From: an uncultured Chloroflexia bacterium
GTDB taxonomy: Bacteria > Chloroflexota > Dehalococcoidia > GIF9 > UBA5629
Assembly: GCA_963775935.1 (NCBI GenBank)
Contig: CAVZKR010000003.1
Coordinates: forward strand, 321,012-385,011
Direction: 5' to 3'
DNA: 64,000 nt
The notes below the pieces were generated by a model, which was not told the origin of the DNA, ran no database searches, and saw only the letters and a list, made by a program, of their open reading frames with translations. The position numbers and the translations under genes are program-made. Below are positions 40,284 to 50,374 of the stretch, in pieces (positions within the stretch are counted from its first letter, which is position 1; every line of letters begins with the position of its first letter).

Positions 40284-40880
40284 ATGATTGATGTAACCAC
40301 CATGGATGACCAGCTCAGACGAATTCTCTCTTCCCGCCGGAAGAAACAGCTCATTAATAAAAAACTCCATGCTGCCGCAGTTCTTGTTCCCCTGTTTCAC
40401 GACGGAAAGGAATACCGTATCTTACTCACTCGCCGAAGCCACGAAGTATTCCACCATAAGGGACAGATATCCTTTCCCGGCGGCAAGCCTTCGAAAAGCG
40501 ATGCCAGCCTCCTTGATACAGCCCTCAGGGAGAGCTGGGAAGAAATCGGGTTACAAGCCAAAGACGTGGAAATCATCGGTGAACTGGATGACACGCCCAC
40601 AAAAACCACCGGCTTCAATATATCTCCCTTCGTAGCGCTCATACCCTATCCCTACCCATTTATTAGAAACCCGCATGAAATCGACGAGATCCTCGATATG
40701 CCGCTCGCCGCTTTCCTGGACACCTCTCGCTGCAAACAGGGCATGGCGGAAAACAACAGTGAACAGACAAGTGACTTTCGTTACGAATGCGACGGGCAAA
40801 CTATCTGGGGAGCGACAGCTCGTATTATCAAACAGCTTATGGACGCGCTGAAGTCTGCACCTGGAGCCCGGGAGCAGTAG
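40284..40880 (+). CDS. NUDIX hydrolase (CoA pyrophosphatase-like)
   Basis: Nudix box FPGGKPSKSDASLLDTALRESWEEIGL. Confidence 0.85.
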   Translation: MIDVTTMDDQLRRILSSRRKKQLINKKLHAAAVLVPLFHDGKEYRILLTRRSHEVFHHKGQISFPGGKPSKSDASLLDTALRESWEEIGLQAKDVEIIGELDDTPTKTTGFNISPFVALIPYPYPFIRNPHEIDEILDMPLAAFLDTSRCKQGMAENNSEQTSDFRYECDGQTIWGATARIIKQLMDALKSAPGAREQ

Positions 40881-41031
40881 TGTAGCTTTTTGCCTCTTTC
40901 TTGGCATCAACAGTTGCCTTCACCTCCTTTTTTGTCATTGCTCCTGGCTCCATAGTCGATAAGTTGTAAAGTATGTTGATATTATTATCAAGTATTCTTA
41001 ATAAATTACTTTAAGTTTTTTAAGCCCAGTG

Positions 41032-41060
41032 TTGACAATAGCCTAGAAAGGAAGTACAAT
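41032..41060 (+). promoter_or_regulatory. sigma-70 consensus-like promoter of the J-protein/hspR/clpB operon
   Basis: TTGACA (41032-41037), 17-nt spacer, TACAAT (41055-41060). Confidence 0.75.
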
Positions 41061-41079
41061 ACTGAAGCAAGGAGCGCTC

Positions 41080-42069
41080 ATGCCAGGAAAAGATTATTAC
41101 AAAATTCTAGGAGTCGCCCGCACTACACCTGACAAGGAAATCAAGCAGGCATATCGTCGGCTTGCAAGGAAATATCACCCCGATGTCAATCCCGGGGACA
41201 AGTCGGCTGAATCAAGGTTCAAAGAGATAAACGAGGCTTTTGAAATCCTTTCCGACCCGGAGAAGCGGAAGAAATACGACCAGTTTGGCGACAACTGGCA
41301 GTCTGCCGAGCAGTTCTCCAAGGCTGGGCAAGGAACTCCCTGGGGTTCCTCTCGAGGTGGCACCTCTAGCACCTTTGAGTTCAACGACCTCGGCGACCTC
41401 GGCAGCATATTTGAGAACCTGGGATTTGGCGCTGGCGGATTTACTGCCCGTCGTCCCGGTAAAACAAAGGCTGTCGAACATTCTATAGACGTCACCCTTG
41501 AAGAAGCCTACCAGGGCACCACACGCATGCTCCAGCTCCAGACTGAAGATGCCTGCCCCGCCTGCGGCGGTACCGGCAGGACAGCCAGGTCACGTGGTAG
41601 AACCTGTCCCAGTTGCGGCGGCTCGGGTGGTTTACCCAAGATGAAACGCCTTGAGGTTAAAATCCCTCCGGGCGTCAACAATGGTTCCAAAATACGCCTC
41701 GCGGGTCAGGGCAGCATGGGCGGAGATGGCGCCAAAGGCGACCTTGAATTGATAGTGAAGATGGTGCCACATAAGGCTTTTGAGCGTAAGGGTGATGACC
41801 TCCATACCGAGGTGCCCATACCACTGGTAACGGCGATGCTCGGTGGTGAGATCGAATTGCCCACTCTCAAGAGTAAGGTGGTGCTCAAGATACCGGCAGA
41901 GACTCCCAACGGCAACGTATTCAGGCTGGCCGGCAAGGGCATGCCTAATATGGGCAATGTATCTCAACATGGAGACCTGTTCGCCAAGGTAAAGGTGGTA
42001 CTGCCCACCAATCTTACGCAAAAAGAGAAACAGTTATTTGAACAGTTAAGGGCAACACGCTCCCATTAG
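41080..42069 (+). CDS. DnaJ-class co-chaperone (CbpA/DnaJ2-like; only two CxxCxGxG repeats)
   Basis: J domain DYYKILGV...HPDVNP. Reduced zinc centre CPACGGTG and CPSCGGSG. Confidence 0.88.
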   Translation: MPGKDYYKILGVARTTPDKEIKQAYRRLARKYHPDVNPGDKSAESRFKEINEAFEILSDPEKRKKYDQFGDNWQSAEQFSKAGQGTPWGSSRGGTSSTFEFNDLGDLGSIFENLGFGAGGFTARRPGKTKAVEHSIDVTLEEAYQGTTRMLQLQTEDACPACGGTGRTARSRGRTCPSCGGSGGLPKMKRLEVKIPPGVNNGSKIRLAGQGSMGGDGAKGDLELIVKMVPHKAFERKGDDLHTEVPIPLVTAMLGGEIELPTLKSKVVLKIPAETPNGNVFRLAGKGMPNMGNVSQHGDLFAKVKVVLPTNLTQKEKQLFEQLRATRSH

Positions 42070-42088
42070 GTGTAAAGGTGTAATAGCA

Positions 42089-42433
42089 ATGGCTCAATCG
42101 GATTCTGAACCCAGATATGTAATCAGCATTGCCGCCAGGATTGTCGGCATTGAAACTCATACCCTGCGCTACTACGAGCGTCTGGGGCTGGTACAGCCCT
42201 ATCGCTCCGGGGGAAATATTCGCTATTACTCCGAAATTGATATCGAGCAGTTGCGTCACATCAAAATGCTGATGAGCGACCTTGGCGTGAACCCTGCTGG
42301 CGCAGAGGTGGTAATCCGCATGGCGCAGAAGATAACAGAAATGCAACAGGTAATCAATGATCTCACTACAGAACTACAACAGGTAAAAGAGACCAGGCAG
42401 GCAACCAGGAAAAGAGATAAGAAGAGAGGTTAA
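42089..42433 (+). CDS. hspR: MerR-family heat-shock regulator HspR
   Basis: YVISIAARIVGIETHTLRYYERLGLVQP MerR-type HTH. The position between a dnaJ-like gene and clpB matches HspR operons. Confidence 0.85.
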   Translation: MAQSDSEPRYVISIAARIVGIETHTLRYYERLGLVQPYRSGGNIRYYSEIDIEQLRHIKMLMSDLGVNPAGAEVVIRMAQKITEMQQVINDLTTELQQVKETRQATRKRDKKRG

Positions 42434-42715
42434 ATGATCGCAGCAAGGACAGACCTTAAACCAGGCAACTGGCAGGTAACAGCAACCACTCTCCAGTGCG
42501 AGTACGTCGGCGATGCAGTTACCATCATGGTAGATAAGGACTGGACAACCAGATGCACCTGGTACCGCCGCTATAAGCAAAAGGCTATTGAGAATAAGAA
42601 ACAGAAATTTGAAAAGGTAATTAAGCCTAAAATAGAGAAATGCCGTGGCGCTGAATGCCCGCTTGCAATCAACTACAGGGATATGTTGATTCAACAGGAG
42701 TTCGGCGCTCCGTAG
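42434..42715 (+). CDS. hypothetical protein (93 aa) inside the hspR-clpB operon
   Basis: The ATG abuts the hspR stop (TAAATG). Four Cys residues; no motif recognised. Confidence 0.5.
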   Translation: MIAARTDLKPGNWQVTATTLQCEYVGDAVTIMVDKDWTTRCTWYRRYKQKAIENKKQKFEKVIKPKIEKCRGAECPLAINYRDMLIQQEFGAP

Positions 42716-42726
42716 GAGAAGATACC

Positions 42727-45174
42727 ATGATAAAACCAGAAAAATTCACCGAACAAGCCAGAGAAGTAATAGGAGCTTCCCAGGAGCTTGCCGTCAGTTA
42801 CCGTCACAATCAATGGGACGTGGAACACCTCTTCCTGACAATGTTGAGACAAGACAACGGGGTTGCAGTAAAAATACTCGAGAAACTGGGCATTAATATA
42901 GAATCCTTAAAAGGGCGAGTGCAGGAGGTTCTCGATCATGCCCCTCAGATGAGCCAGGGAGGAGCCCAAATCTACGCGACGCCCCGCATTGCCAGCCTGA
43001 TGCAGACCGCTGCCCGCGAGGCGGAGCAATTCAAGGACGACTTTATCAGCGTGGAACACTTGCTCATCGCCCTCGCCGGGGAAATAAATAGCGAGACTGC
43101 CACCATACTGAAGGAATTCAACATCGATAAAGAGAGAATCTACCAGGCAGTGAAAGATATTCGAGGCGGACACCGTGTCGAAGACCCCAGAGCCGAAAGC
43201 AAGTACCGTTCACTGGAAAAATACGGCCGTGATTTGACTGAACTGGCACGCAAAGGCAAGCTCGACCCTGTGGTAGGACGTGACGACGAGATAAAACGGG
43301 TCATGCAGATATTGATACGGCGAACCAAGAACAACCCGGTCATCATCGGCGATGCCGGCGTGGGCAAAACTGCCATAGCCGAAGGTCTGGCAGAGAAAAT
43401 CGCCATAGACGATGTCCCCGACTCACTCAGGAATAAAAGGGTTATCGGGATTGACATGGCTGCGCTGGTTGCCGGCAGCAAGTTCCGCGGCGAGTTTGAA
43501 GAGAGGCTAAAGGCGGTTATGGATGAGGTGCGCCAGTCGAGCGGAGAGATAATCCTCTTCATCGACGAGATGCATACGGTCGTCGGCGCAGGAGCTGCTG
43601 AGGGAGCTATCGATGCCAGCAATATACTGAAGCCAGCGCTGGCACGCGGTGAACTGAGATGTATCGGCGCCACCACGCTGGACGAATACCGCGAGCATAT
43701 TGAGAAGGACAAAGCACTGGAGCGAAGGCTACAGCCAATATTTGTAAACGAACCGAGTGTGGAAGCCACTATAGAAATGCTGAGGGCGCTGCGTCCCAGA
43801 TATGAAGCGCATCATAAAATCAAGATAGCTGATTCCGCCCTGACGGCTGCCGCTCAGCTGAGCCAGAGGTATATCTCCGACAGGTATCTGCCTGACAAAG
43901 CTATCGACCTTATCGATGAAGCCGCCAGCAAGATACACATCGACATGGAAAGCAAACCGCAGAATATCAAAAACCTCGACCAGCAGATTAAGCAACTGCA
44001 AAATGAGGAGGACTCGGCAGCGCAGCAAGGGGACTACCAGAAAGCAGCCGAGATAAGGTCACAACGACTGCGCCTGATGCCGGAGTATGAGAATTTGGAA
44101 TCAGCATGGCGCAAGGAGCAGAAATTCGATAAGCCGGTAGATGAGGAGACCATTGCTGAGCTGGTCGCCAAGTGGACGGGTATACCGGTTTCACGCATGC
44201 TCGAAGGCGAAGCCGAGAAACTGCTCCACATGGAGGAACGAATACACGATAGAATCGTGAACCAGGAAGAAGCTGTTTCCACTATTTCTGAAGCCATCAG
44301 GCGCGGCAGGGCTGGACTCAAAGACCCCAAGCGTCCTATCGGCAGCTTCATCTTTCTCGGCCCGACCGGAGTAGGTAAAACAGAGCTGGCAAAGGCGCTT
44401 GCCCAGTTCCTCTTCGATGATGAAGAGGCCATGATACGGGTAGATATGTCCGAATATATGGAAAAACATACCGTATCGCGACTTATCGGCGCTCCGCCCG
44501 GCTATATCGGCTATGAAGAAGCAGGTCAATTGACTGAAGCGGTACGGCGGCGTCCTTTCCGCGTCATCTTGTTCGACGAAATTGAAAAGGCGCACCCTGA
44601 CGTTTTCAACATCCTGCTCCAGATACTTGAGGATGGCAGGCTCACCGACGGGCATGGCAGGGCAGTTGACTTCAGAAATGCTGTGGTCATCATGACCAGC
44701 AACCTCGGCACCGAGGAGTTCCAGCGCCACGCTATCGGCTTTGCCCAGCAGGAAAAACAGGATAAGGGCGACTATGATAGATTGAAGAGCTCCATTGACG
44801 TCGCTTTAAAGCGCACCTTCCGTCCTGAGTTCCTGAACAGGGTTGACGATATTATAATCTTCCATCCGCTGAGCGAGGAGCACCTTAAAAAAATTGTCGA
44901 CCTTCTTATCAATGAAGTGCAGAAGCGGCTGATAGATCGTAACATCGTGCTGGAACTGAATAATGAGGCGAAGTCCTGGCTGCTCAAGGAAGGCTTTGAA
45001 CCTGCCTTCGGCGCGCGCCCGCTGCGCCGGGCTATTCAACGCTACGTGGAAAATGCCTTATCCGGCAAGATTCTCAGCGGCGAGTTCAAAGATGGCGACC
45101 ATGTATACATCAGTGTCGAGGGTAGCGGATTAAGCTTCAGTACCAGGAAAAAAGTGAAAGCTGCTGCAAAGTAA
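42727..45174 (+). CDS. clpB: AAA+ disaggregase ClpB
   Basis: ATG 42727 follows AGGAG. Clp N-domain, two NBDs ([16 protein letters not shown]) and a middle coiled coil. The track start 42655 overlaps the upstream ORF and is judged over-extended. Confidence 0.96.
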   Translation: MIKPEKFTEQAREVIGASQELAVSYRHNQWDVEHLFLTMLRQDNGVAVKILEKLGINIESLKGRVQEVLDHAPQMSQGGAQIYATPRIASLMQTAAREAEQFKDDFISVEHLLIALAGEINSETATILKEFNIDKERIYQAVKDIRGGHRVEDPRAESKYRSLEKYGRDLTELARKGKLDPVVGRDDEIKRVMQILIRRTKNNPVIIGDAGVGKTAIAEGLAEKIAIDDVPDSLRNKRVIGIDMAALVAGSKFRGEFEERLKAVMDEVRQSSGEIILFIDEMHTVVGAGAAEGAIDASNILKPALARGELRCIGATTLDEYREHIEKDKALERRLQPIFVNEPSVEATIEMLRALRPRYEAHHKIKIADSALTAAAQLSQRYISDRYLPDKAIDLIDEAASKIHIDMESKPQNIKNLDQQIKQLQNEEDSAAQQGDYQKAAEIRSQRLRLMPEYENLESAWRKEQKFDKPVDEETIAELVAKWTGIPVSRMLEGEAEKLLHMEERIHDRIVNQEEAVSTISEAIRRGRAGLKDPKRPIGSFIFLGPTGVGKTELAKALAQFLFDDEEAMIRVDMSEYMEKHTVSRLIGAPPGYIGYEEAGQLTEAVRRRPFRVILFDEIEKAHPDVFNILLQILEDGRLTDGHGRAVDFRNAVVIMTSNLGTEEFQRHAIGFAQQEKQDKGDYDRLKSSIDVALKRTFRPEFLNRVDDIIIFHPLSEEHLKKIVDLLINEVQKRLIDRNIVLELNNEAKSWLLKEGFEPAFGARPLRRAIQRYVENALSGKILSGEFKDGDHVYISVEGSGLSFSTRKKVKAAAK

Positions 45175-45783
45175 ATGGCGACTCCAGCGGAAATAAGCGA
45201 GGCAAACCCAAAAGTTTCCAGGCGACGTGAATACCTCATCGGTGTTGCGGGGCTGGTGCTTACGATAGCGCTATGCGTTCTGGTCGTTATCTATTGGGAT
45301 GATGTCATCAAGGCTTCGCGATATGGATACCTCGGGGTCTTTTTCATCAGCATCCTTTCCGGGGCGACTATCCTCATCCCCATCCCCGGCTTGCTTGTTG
45401 TCTTTACGCTGGGCAGCATCCTGCATCCTGCCATAGTCGGCGCACTGGCCGGGCTCGGTGAAGCGTTTGGCAGCATCACCATTTACCTCGCCGGTTATGG
45501 CGGACACCGGGCAGTGGAGAAATTGGAAACTATCGACCATCGCTTTATCGTCAAATTCGAGGACTGGCTGCGGCGGCGCGGCGCCATAGCTGTCTTCCTC
45601 ATGTCATCTATAGTCAACCCATTCTTCTATCCCTTTGTTGCCGTTGCGGGGGCGATGCACTTCGGCTTAACCAGGTTCTTTTTCCTCTGCTGGGGAGGTA
45701 AAACCATAAAAGGGATGGGAGTGGCTTACCTTGGATACTATGGTCTGGGGTCTTTACTACACTGGGCAGGAATAGGAGTATAA
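45175..45783 (+). CDS. VTT-domain (DedA/YqaA-like) membrane protein
   Basis: YGYLGVFFISILSGATILIPIPG... and four or five TM segments. The ATG abuts the clpB stop. Confidence 0.65.
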   Translation: MATPAEISEANPKVSRRREYLIGVAGLVLTIALCVLVVIYWDDVIKASRYGYLGVFFISILSGATILIPIPGLLVVFTLGSILHPAIVGALAGLGEAFGSITIYLAGYGGHRAVEKLETIDHRFIVKFEDWLRRRGAIAVFLMSSIVNPFFYPFVAVAGAMHFGLTRFFFLCWGGKTIKGMGVAYLGYYGLGSLLHWAGIGV

Positions 45784-45785
45784 CC

Positions 45786-46004
45786 ATGTCGAACATGCCA
45801 CCGGAAAAAAGCTGGCTCGTAGCACTGCTGCTATCTCTCTTCCTGGGATTCTTCGGCGCAGACCGTTTCTACATTGGCAGGACCTGCTCCGCAATTGTCA
45901 AACTGGTGACATTGGGGTGCCTGGGCGTCTGGTGGCTGAGCGATATCATCCTGATTGCCAGCGAGTACCGCAAAGATGCCTGGGGAAGACCGTTAAAACA
46001 TTAG
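45786..46004 (+). CDS. TM2-domain membrane protein
   Basis: KSWLVALLLSLFLGFFGADRFYIG...LGVWWLSDIILI fits the TM2 domain pattern. Confidence 0.8.
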   Translation: MSNMPPEKSWLVALLLSLFLGFFGADRFYIGRTCSAIVKLVTLGCLGVWWLSDIILIASEYRKDAWGRPLKH

Positions 46005-46007
46005 CCG

Positions 46008-46094
46008 CTATCTCCAGCGAACCATGGAAAAGAATATCACTGCTGCTATCACCAGAACTCCGATAACAATAGCTGGTATTAAATCAGTCGTCAT
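46008..46094 (-). CDS. possible 28-aa single-TM peptide
   Basis: MTTDLIPAIVIGVLVIAAVIFFSMVRWR with AGGAA upstream. Very short, so weak. Confidence 0.25.
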   Translation of the reverse strand: MTTDLIPAIVIGVLVIAAVIFFSMVRWR

Positions 46095-46241
46095 ATAGTT
46101 TATTTCCTGTACGAACTCTTTTCTTTACTTATATTAAGTACAGCTTTTCACGGAATTTGTCAAACCTGACACATTACGCATCTCGCATCTTTGCTACTAA
46201 ACTCGCTCTTATGCTAGACTATATACTGCTTCTGCGAACGT

Positions 46242-46317
46242 GGGGCTGTAGCTCAGTTGGGAGAGCGTCTGACTGGCAGTCAGAAGGTAGTGGGTTCGAA
46301 TCCCATCAGCTCCACCA
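46242..46317 (+). tRNA. tRNA-Ala (anticodon GGC), CCA encoded
   Basis: Folds manually into a 76-nt cloverleaf: acceptor GGGGCUG/CAGCUCC with the Ala identity pair G3:U70, anticodon loop CU-GGC-AG, T-loop GGUUCGAAUCC. Confidence 0.95.
46271..46317 (+). repeat. attL: 47-bp direct repeat (3' part of tRNA-Ala)
   Basis: GACTGGCAGTCAGAAGGTAGTGGGTTCGAATCCCATCAGCTCCACCA is identical to 60144..60190. Confidence 0.9.
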
Positions 46318-46355
46318 TAAAGCCTTCCAAAGCTAAAACTAGTTTATCACACCTT

Positions 46356-47300
46356 TTGACTCGTTCAAATTCTTACACGCAATTAGCTATTCCATTACAC
46401 CGCTTGATTGAAGGTTTTGTACTATCCTGCAAGGTAGAAAACAAATCTCCCAAAACAATATCTTTCTACAAGAATAACCTCGATAAGTTCGTATGGTTCT
46501 TAAACAAATTCGGCATTGATACTATTGACGCTACTACTATTCGGAACTTCCTTAGATATGTAAAAGATACTGAAAATAGATGGGACAGTACTAATGCGAG
46601 AGCTAACAGAATGGTATCTCCAACTACTGTGAAGAGCTATTACATCAGTTTATCTGCATTATTCACCTGGGCATTGGAAGAGCAGTTAATTACATCTAAC
46701 CCCATGGCTACTGTTAAGAAGCCTAAGCTGCCCAATAAATCAGTTAAGGGATGTGAAACTGAAACGATAAAGATATTATTAAACGCATTCAATGGTAGAA
46801 GCTTTAACGACTTACGAAATAAAGCTATGCTCCTCATGTTCCTGGATACTGGATTAAGATTATCCGAACTTGCAGGACTGACTTTATCAGATATCAATAT
46901 CGAGAAAGGCATCATCAAAATCATTGGTAAAGGCAATAAAGAAAGATATGCCAGGATAGGAGTAAAGACACAGAAAGCATTATGGAATTATCTAGCTCAC
47001 AGACCAGTAGAAAAAGAGTATGTATGGCTAGGAAAAGGCTATTGTAAAATGACAGTAGATGGCATTGCTCTTGTTATTAGAAACTTGGGTAAGAGATTAG
47101 GTATTAGATTGTCACCGCATAAACTACGACATAGCTTTGCTATCAGTTTCCTACGTAATGGAGCAAATCCATTTGAGTTACAGATAGCATTGGGACATAC
47201 AACGTTGGAAATGACAAGGAGATACACTCAGGCTTTGGGATTTGATGATGTGTTTAAGAGACATGTGCTGGCTAGTCCGGTGGATAGGCTGGTAAGATAG
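46356..47300 (+). CDS. int: tyrosine recombinase / phage-type integrase
   Basis: N-terminal SAM-like domain (KSPKTISFYKNNLDKFVWFL) and catalytic residues in GLRLSE...HKLRHSFA...LGHTTLEMTRRY. The track ORF (46257) runs through the tRNA. TTG 46356 is my best guess for the start, which is uncertain. Confidence 0.88.
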   Translation: MTRSNSYTQLAIPLHRLIEGFVLSCKVENKSPKTISFYKNNLDKFVWFLNKFGIDTIDATTIRNFLRYVKDTENRWDSTNARANRMVSPTTVKSYYISLSALFTWALEEQLITSNPMATVKKPKLPNKSVKGCETETIKILLNAFNGRSFNDLRNKAMLLMFLDTGLRLSELAGLTLSDINIEKGIIKIIGKGNKERYARIGVKTQKALWNYLAHRPVEKEYVWLGKGYCKMTVDGIALVIRNLGKRLGIRLSPHKLRHSFAISFLRNGANPFELQIALGHTTLEMTRRYTQALGFDDVFKRHVLASPVDRLVR

Positions 47301-47432
47301 GATATGGAGTAGGTTAGGGATTGATTCTCTTTAGTGAAATTCATCGTTAGTATATGAGGAATTTGAGGACATCTTAAAGGATACGATCAAGTGGCCTTAT
47401 GGCTTGATGTGGGTCAAAAGGTGAAATTAAAT

Positions 47433-47789
47433 TTAGAATAAAGTATCATTGCGAGGGAAAGGACTAACGTAAATATTTCCAGTAGTCATCTCTCTTTGTG
47501 TAACGTGTAATCCCTTAATCCTTTGTAATGGATTCTCATAATAAAGTACGTCTCCCCGTTTTATATTCTCAGGTCTATAAAAAACCTTTTTTTGTATTTT
47601 TGATTTCTTGTTTGCATGTACATAAAGATCATATTCATGGGGTTGATTAAAGATAAACCAAAAATAGCCGAACTTTTCTTCTGCTCGCGTGATAGCGGTT
47701 CTAAACTTTGAAATATTTCGAATAGTAAATTTCGCCAAATATTTAGATAATGTATACAAGCATTCAAATACATTAAAAGCAGATGGCAA
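47433..47789 (-). CDS. hypothetical protein (118 aa), or the frameshifted distal part of the IS-disrupted gene
   Basis: More protein-like than the overlapping tail of ORF 47561..47986. Its frame opens just after a TGA inside that ORF. Confidence 0.4.
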   Translation of the reverse strand: MPSAFNVFECLYTLSKYLAKFTIRNISKFRTAITRAEEKFGYFWFIFNQPHEYDLYVHANKKSKIQKKVFYRPENIKRGDVLYYENPLQRIKGLHVTQREMTTGNIYVSPFPRNDTLF

Positions 47790-48153
47790 ATATATAGCAA
47801 ACCTAGTTCACTATAATAATGATTGTAAATAGCATATCTTGCTTGTGCGTCAGTGTGGTAGAAACGACGTAAACTGAGTATGTTACTTACACTATCACTT
47901 GTGCAATGCGAGAAATTGCTTAGAAAATTGTAGTGGACTTTAATTCTTGCCATAGTCTTAGTATTTAGTATCTTATTCAACTGCAAGTTCTCAAGTACCC
48001 TTTCCCAAGCGAGATACTTATTGTGTATTATCGCATCGACTTCACCTTCTGCATTTTTATTACGCCTTGCAAACCAGTCTGTATACTGCTCCCCATTAAG
48101 ACAGGGCTTCTGCTAAGAGAGTACAATGGCTGAAAAGAAGGAGAAAAACAGCC

Positions 48154-48423
48154 ATGAAACGAAGGAAATGGGATCCGAAAACCAAAGCAATGATTGTGGT
48201 AGAAGGGCTGAAGGGAAAGCAAGTTTTCGAAATCTGCATCGAGCACCAGATTAGCCAGGCACAGTACTATCAATGGCGGGATCAGTTTCTGGCCAACATG
48301 TACCAGGTATTTACCAGCGATGACCGCAGAGAGAAGTCATTGACTCAAGAGAATGGTCGACTTAAGAGGATCATCGGGGACCTCACCGTGGAGTTAAAAA
48401 AAGTAAACGAGTTGTTAGAATGA
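48154..48423 (+). CDS. IS3-family transposase OrfA (HTH)
   Basis: MKRRKWDPKTKAMIVVEGLKGKQVFEICIEHQISQAQYYQWRDQF is an IS3/IS911-type HTH followed by a leucine zipper. Confidence 0.9.
   Translation: MKRRKWDPKTKAMIVVEGLKGKQVFEICIEHQISQAQYYQWRDQFLANMYQVFTSDDRREKSLTQENGRLKRIIGDLTVELKKVNELLE
48396..48402 (+). promoter_or_regulatory. A7 slippery site for programmed -1 frameshifting (OrfA to OrfAB)
   Basis: TTA-AAA-AAA-G lies in the orfA frame. The -1 frame is open from 48366 into orfB. The same site in copy 2 is at 53291..53297. Confidence 0.7.
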
Positions 48424-49196
48424 GACGGAAAGAATCAACGTTAGTAGCGGAGCGAAATTCCCCTATTGTCGAGCGGATCAAAGCAATCAAAGCTGAGCAT
48501 CCGTTCTGGGGATACCGGCGTATCTGGGCGCATCTGAAATATGTCGACGAGCTTGAGATCAACAAAAAACGAGTGCTCAGGTTACTCCAGAAGCATGAGC
48601 TCCTGGTGAAGCCAGATACAAAGCTTAAGGCGATAAGGACACCAACCAGGAACAAACCAAAACCAGATCGTCCTAATCAGTGGTGGGGCATCGACATGAC
48701 CAAGGTTATGGTAAATGGGTTTGGCTGGATGTACATCGTGGTTGTCCTGGACTGGTACACCAAGAAGATTGTTGGGTACTATGCGGGCATGCAATGCCGG
48801 AGCAAACACTGGCTGGAAGCTCTGGATGCTGCAGTGAACAGGCAATTCCCTGATGGAGTGCGGGAGCAACGACTGTTTCTCATGTCGGATAATGGGAGTC
48901 AGCCAACATCAATCGGCTTCATGAAAGCGTGCCGGGATATGGATATTACCCAGACGTTTACCAGCTATAACAATCCGAAGGGTAACGCGGACACAGAGCG
49001 AGTTTTCAGAACAATGAAAGAGGAGCTTCTCTGGCTCAGAGAGTGGACTAGTCCGTTTGAGATGGCAGATGCCCTGGGCAAGTGGATAGAGTACTACAAT
49101 GGCAAGTATTTACATTCAGCGCTTGGATACAAATCGCCAACCAAATTTGAGGAGGAATATCAAAACAGCCAGGCTACTCTCTTAGTGACGGCTTGA
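48420..49196 (+). CDS. IS3-family transposase OrfB (DDE/rve integrase core)
   Basis: WGIDMTKV..., SDNGSQPTS, and NPKGNADTERVFRTMKEE (D, D, E regions). It is in the -1 frame relative to orfA. Confidence 0.9.
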   Translation: MRRKESTLVAERNSPIVERIKAIKAEHPFWGYRRIWAHLKYVDELEINKKRVLRLLQKHELLVKPDTKLKAIRTPTRNKPKPDRPNQWWGIDMTKVMVNGFGWMYIVVVLDWYTKKIVGYYAGMQCRSKHWLEALDAAVNRQFPDGVREQRLFLMSDNGSQPTSIGFMKACRDMDITQTFTSYNNPKGNADTERVFRTMKEELLWLREWTSPFEMADALGKWIEYYNGKYLHSALGYKSPTKFEEEYQNSQATLLVTA

Positions 49197-49899
49197 TTTC
49201 ATGGGGTGCAGTACATCTGGCTCTAGATACCGACTAACTTTATTTTTGCTTCTTAGGTAATGTCGTATGGGTCTATATTGATTCCATAGACTATAATAGA
49301 ACGGTAGCAAATATTCTGTATCCTTGCCTTCATTGTCTACAACACGGCAACCTCGACAGATCACTAATAATTCATTGTCACTTTTTTCAATTATTTTAAT
49401 CAGGTCTTTCTTTAAGTTAGCTTCTATAGCTTTAACGGTTCGCTCTTTTGTCTCTTGGGAACTGGCATCAGATATCATTTTTCTTAGTTTTACAGTTCTT
49501 GAATATTTGTCACAGGTGCTTATTAATCGAAACACAAAGTAACTCTCGAACGCCATCCGAATAAGATGAAAAGCATCGCGGTATAAACCTTTCTCAATGA
49601 TATCTTTACTATTTAGTAAGGTTAGTTTTTGGATGTTCACGAAGTTCAAAAACTGTGAATCTGGCAACCACGCAGTTTTGCCCCATATCGTGTCTACGCC
49701 AAGCTTATCAAGTAATACAGACAGTTTATTTATAGTTTCTATTAGGCTCCTGTGTTCTTTTCTGGTCTGTAATCTAATGTCATGAATGATTTTATTCAAT
49801 TTCAATTCACCCAATTATGATTAGGGCATTTTTACATTGCAATTATTATGAAAACATGATTACTATTAATATATAAATAGGAACTGCGAAGTTGACCCG

Positions 49900-49939
49900 C
49901 CCCAATAGTTATATCACTTCTTAACTCAGTCCTACAAGT
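49900..49939 (-). promoter_or_regulatory. conserved promoter-like block (copy B of 2) upstream of the IS-disrupted gene
   Basis: On the minus strand it reads TTGTAG-18 nt-TGaTATAAC. 35/40 positions match 29290..29329. Confidence 0.45.
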
Positions 49940-50374
49940 ATAACAAACTCAGGAGCAGGCGAATCCACCCACACTTAGTCAACTTAGAAATTTCCCACAC
50001 GCATTGCACAATATCCACTATTCCAGTTTTTCTAACTTTTTGATGCCCCGGCATCCTAGATATAGCTATTCGTTGCTACAATGCGGAAATCTTGCGATAG
50101 AATAACTGCCACGCCCAATCTGATGAAAACTGAATTGTCTGAGCAGATTTATCCTTATCGTACAATAGAATTTTAGAAAGAAAGGCCATTTTATATTTAG
50201 CCTTATTTAGTCCGTTTGACTACCTATCAGAAGGTACAATTACTCGTATTACTAAATCTTCAATAATCGCAGATACAGAAAGTTCACGTGGTTTGCTTCG
50301 ATTATTCAGAGAGGAAATTGAAGGACTACTTTCTTAACGAGGCCGACAAAGCTCAGAAAGTCTTATAAAAACTA

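Larger units (their letters stand above)
48082..49215 (+). mobile_element. IS3-family insertion sequence, copy 1 (1,134 bp)
   Basis: Imperfect terminal IRs TATACTGCTCCCC / GGGGTGCAGTACA (11/13 matches). 4-bp target duplication TCTG (48078-48081 and 49216-49219). orfA/orfB architecture. Confidence 0.9.
47561..49814 (-). pseudogene. hypothetical gene (at least 371 codons once rebuilt) split by IS copy 1
   Basis: Removing 48082..49215 plus one TCTG copy joins ...SRYLEPD (from ORF 49182..49814) in frame to WFARRNKNAEGEVDAIIHNKYLAWERVLEN-LQLNKILNTK... (ORF 47561..47986) with no stop codon. Confidence 0.8.

Noticed and set aside
40960-41000. HAIR (HspR operator) upstream of the J-protein/hspR/clpB operon
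   Set aside because: No CTTGAGT-N7-ACTCAAG match. The palindrome TTGATAttatTATCAA has the wrong arm spacing and lies upstream of the -35. It is kept only as a remark.
42655-42726. Upstream extension of clpB (track start 42655)
   Set aside because: It overlaps the preceding 93-aa ORF. ATG 42727 has an AGGAG RBS and yields the canonical ClpB N-terminus [11 protein letters not shown]...
43140-44730. Long antisense ORFs within clpB (43140..43769, 44034..44432, 44191..44730) and similar ones within dnaK, dnaJ, secA, polA, der and the 41080 gene
   Set aside because: They lie opposite well-supported conserved genes and have low-complexity Ser/Ala/Arg/Pro-rich translations typical of shadow ORFs.
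46257-46355. 5' part of the 347-aa integrase ORF overlapping tRNA-Ala
   Set aside because: The ORF starts inside the tRNA gene (MGERLTGSQKVVGSNPISST is translated tRNA). The real start must lie downstream; TTG 46356 is my guess.
48028-48869. Antisense ORFs inside or across IS copy 1 (48028..48273, 48383..48655, 48582..48869) and their copy 2 counterparts (53278..53550, 53477..53764, and the IS-internal part of 52776..53168)
   Set aside because: They lie opposite the transposase frames and are identical in both copies only because the IS is. The parts outside the IS belong to the disrupted host genes.
50143-50337. A 64-codon open frame (...RKAILYLALFSPFDYLSEGTITRITKSSIIADTESSRGLLRLFREEIEGLLS) with a winged-helix flavour
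   Set aside because: There is no ATG/GTG/TTG start near its 5' end and no RBS. It may be a gene remnant, but support is too weak to call.
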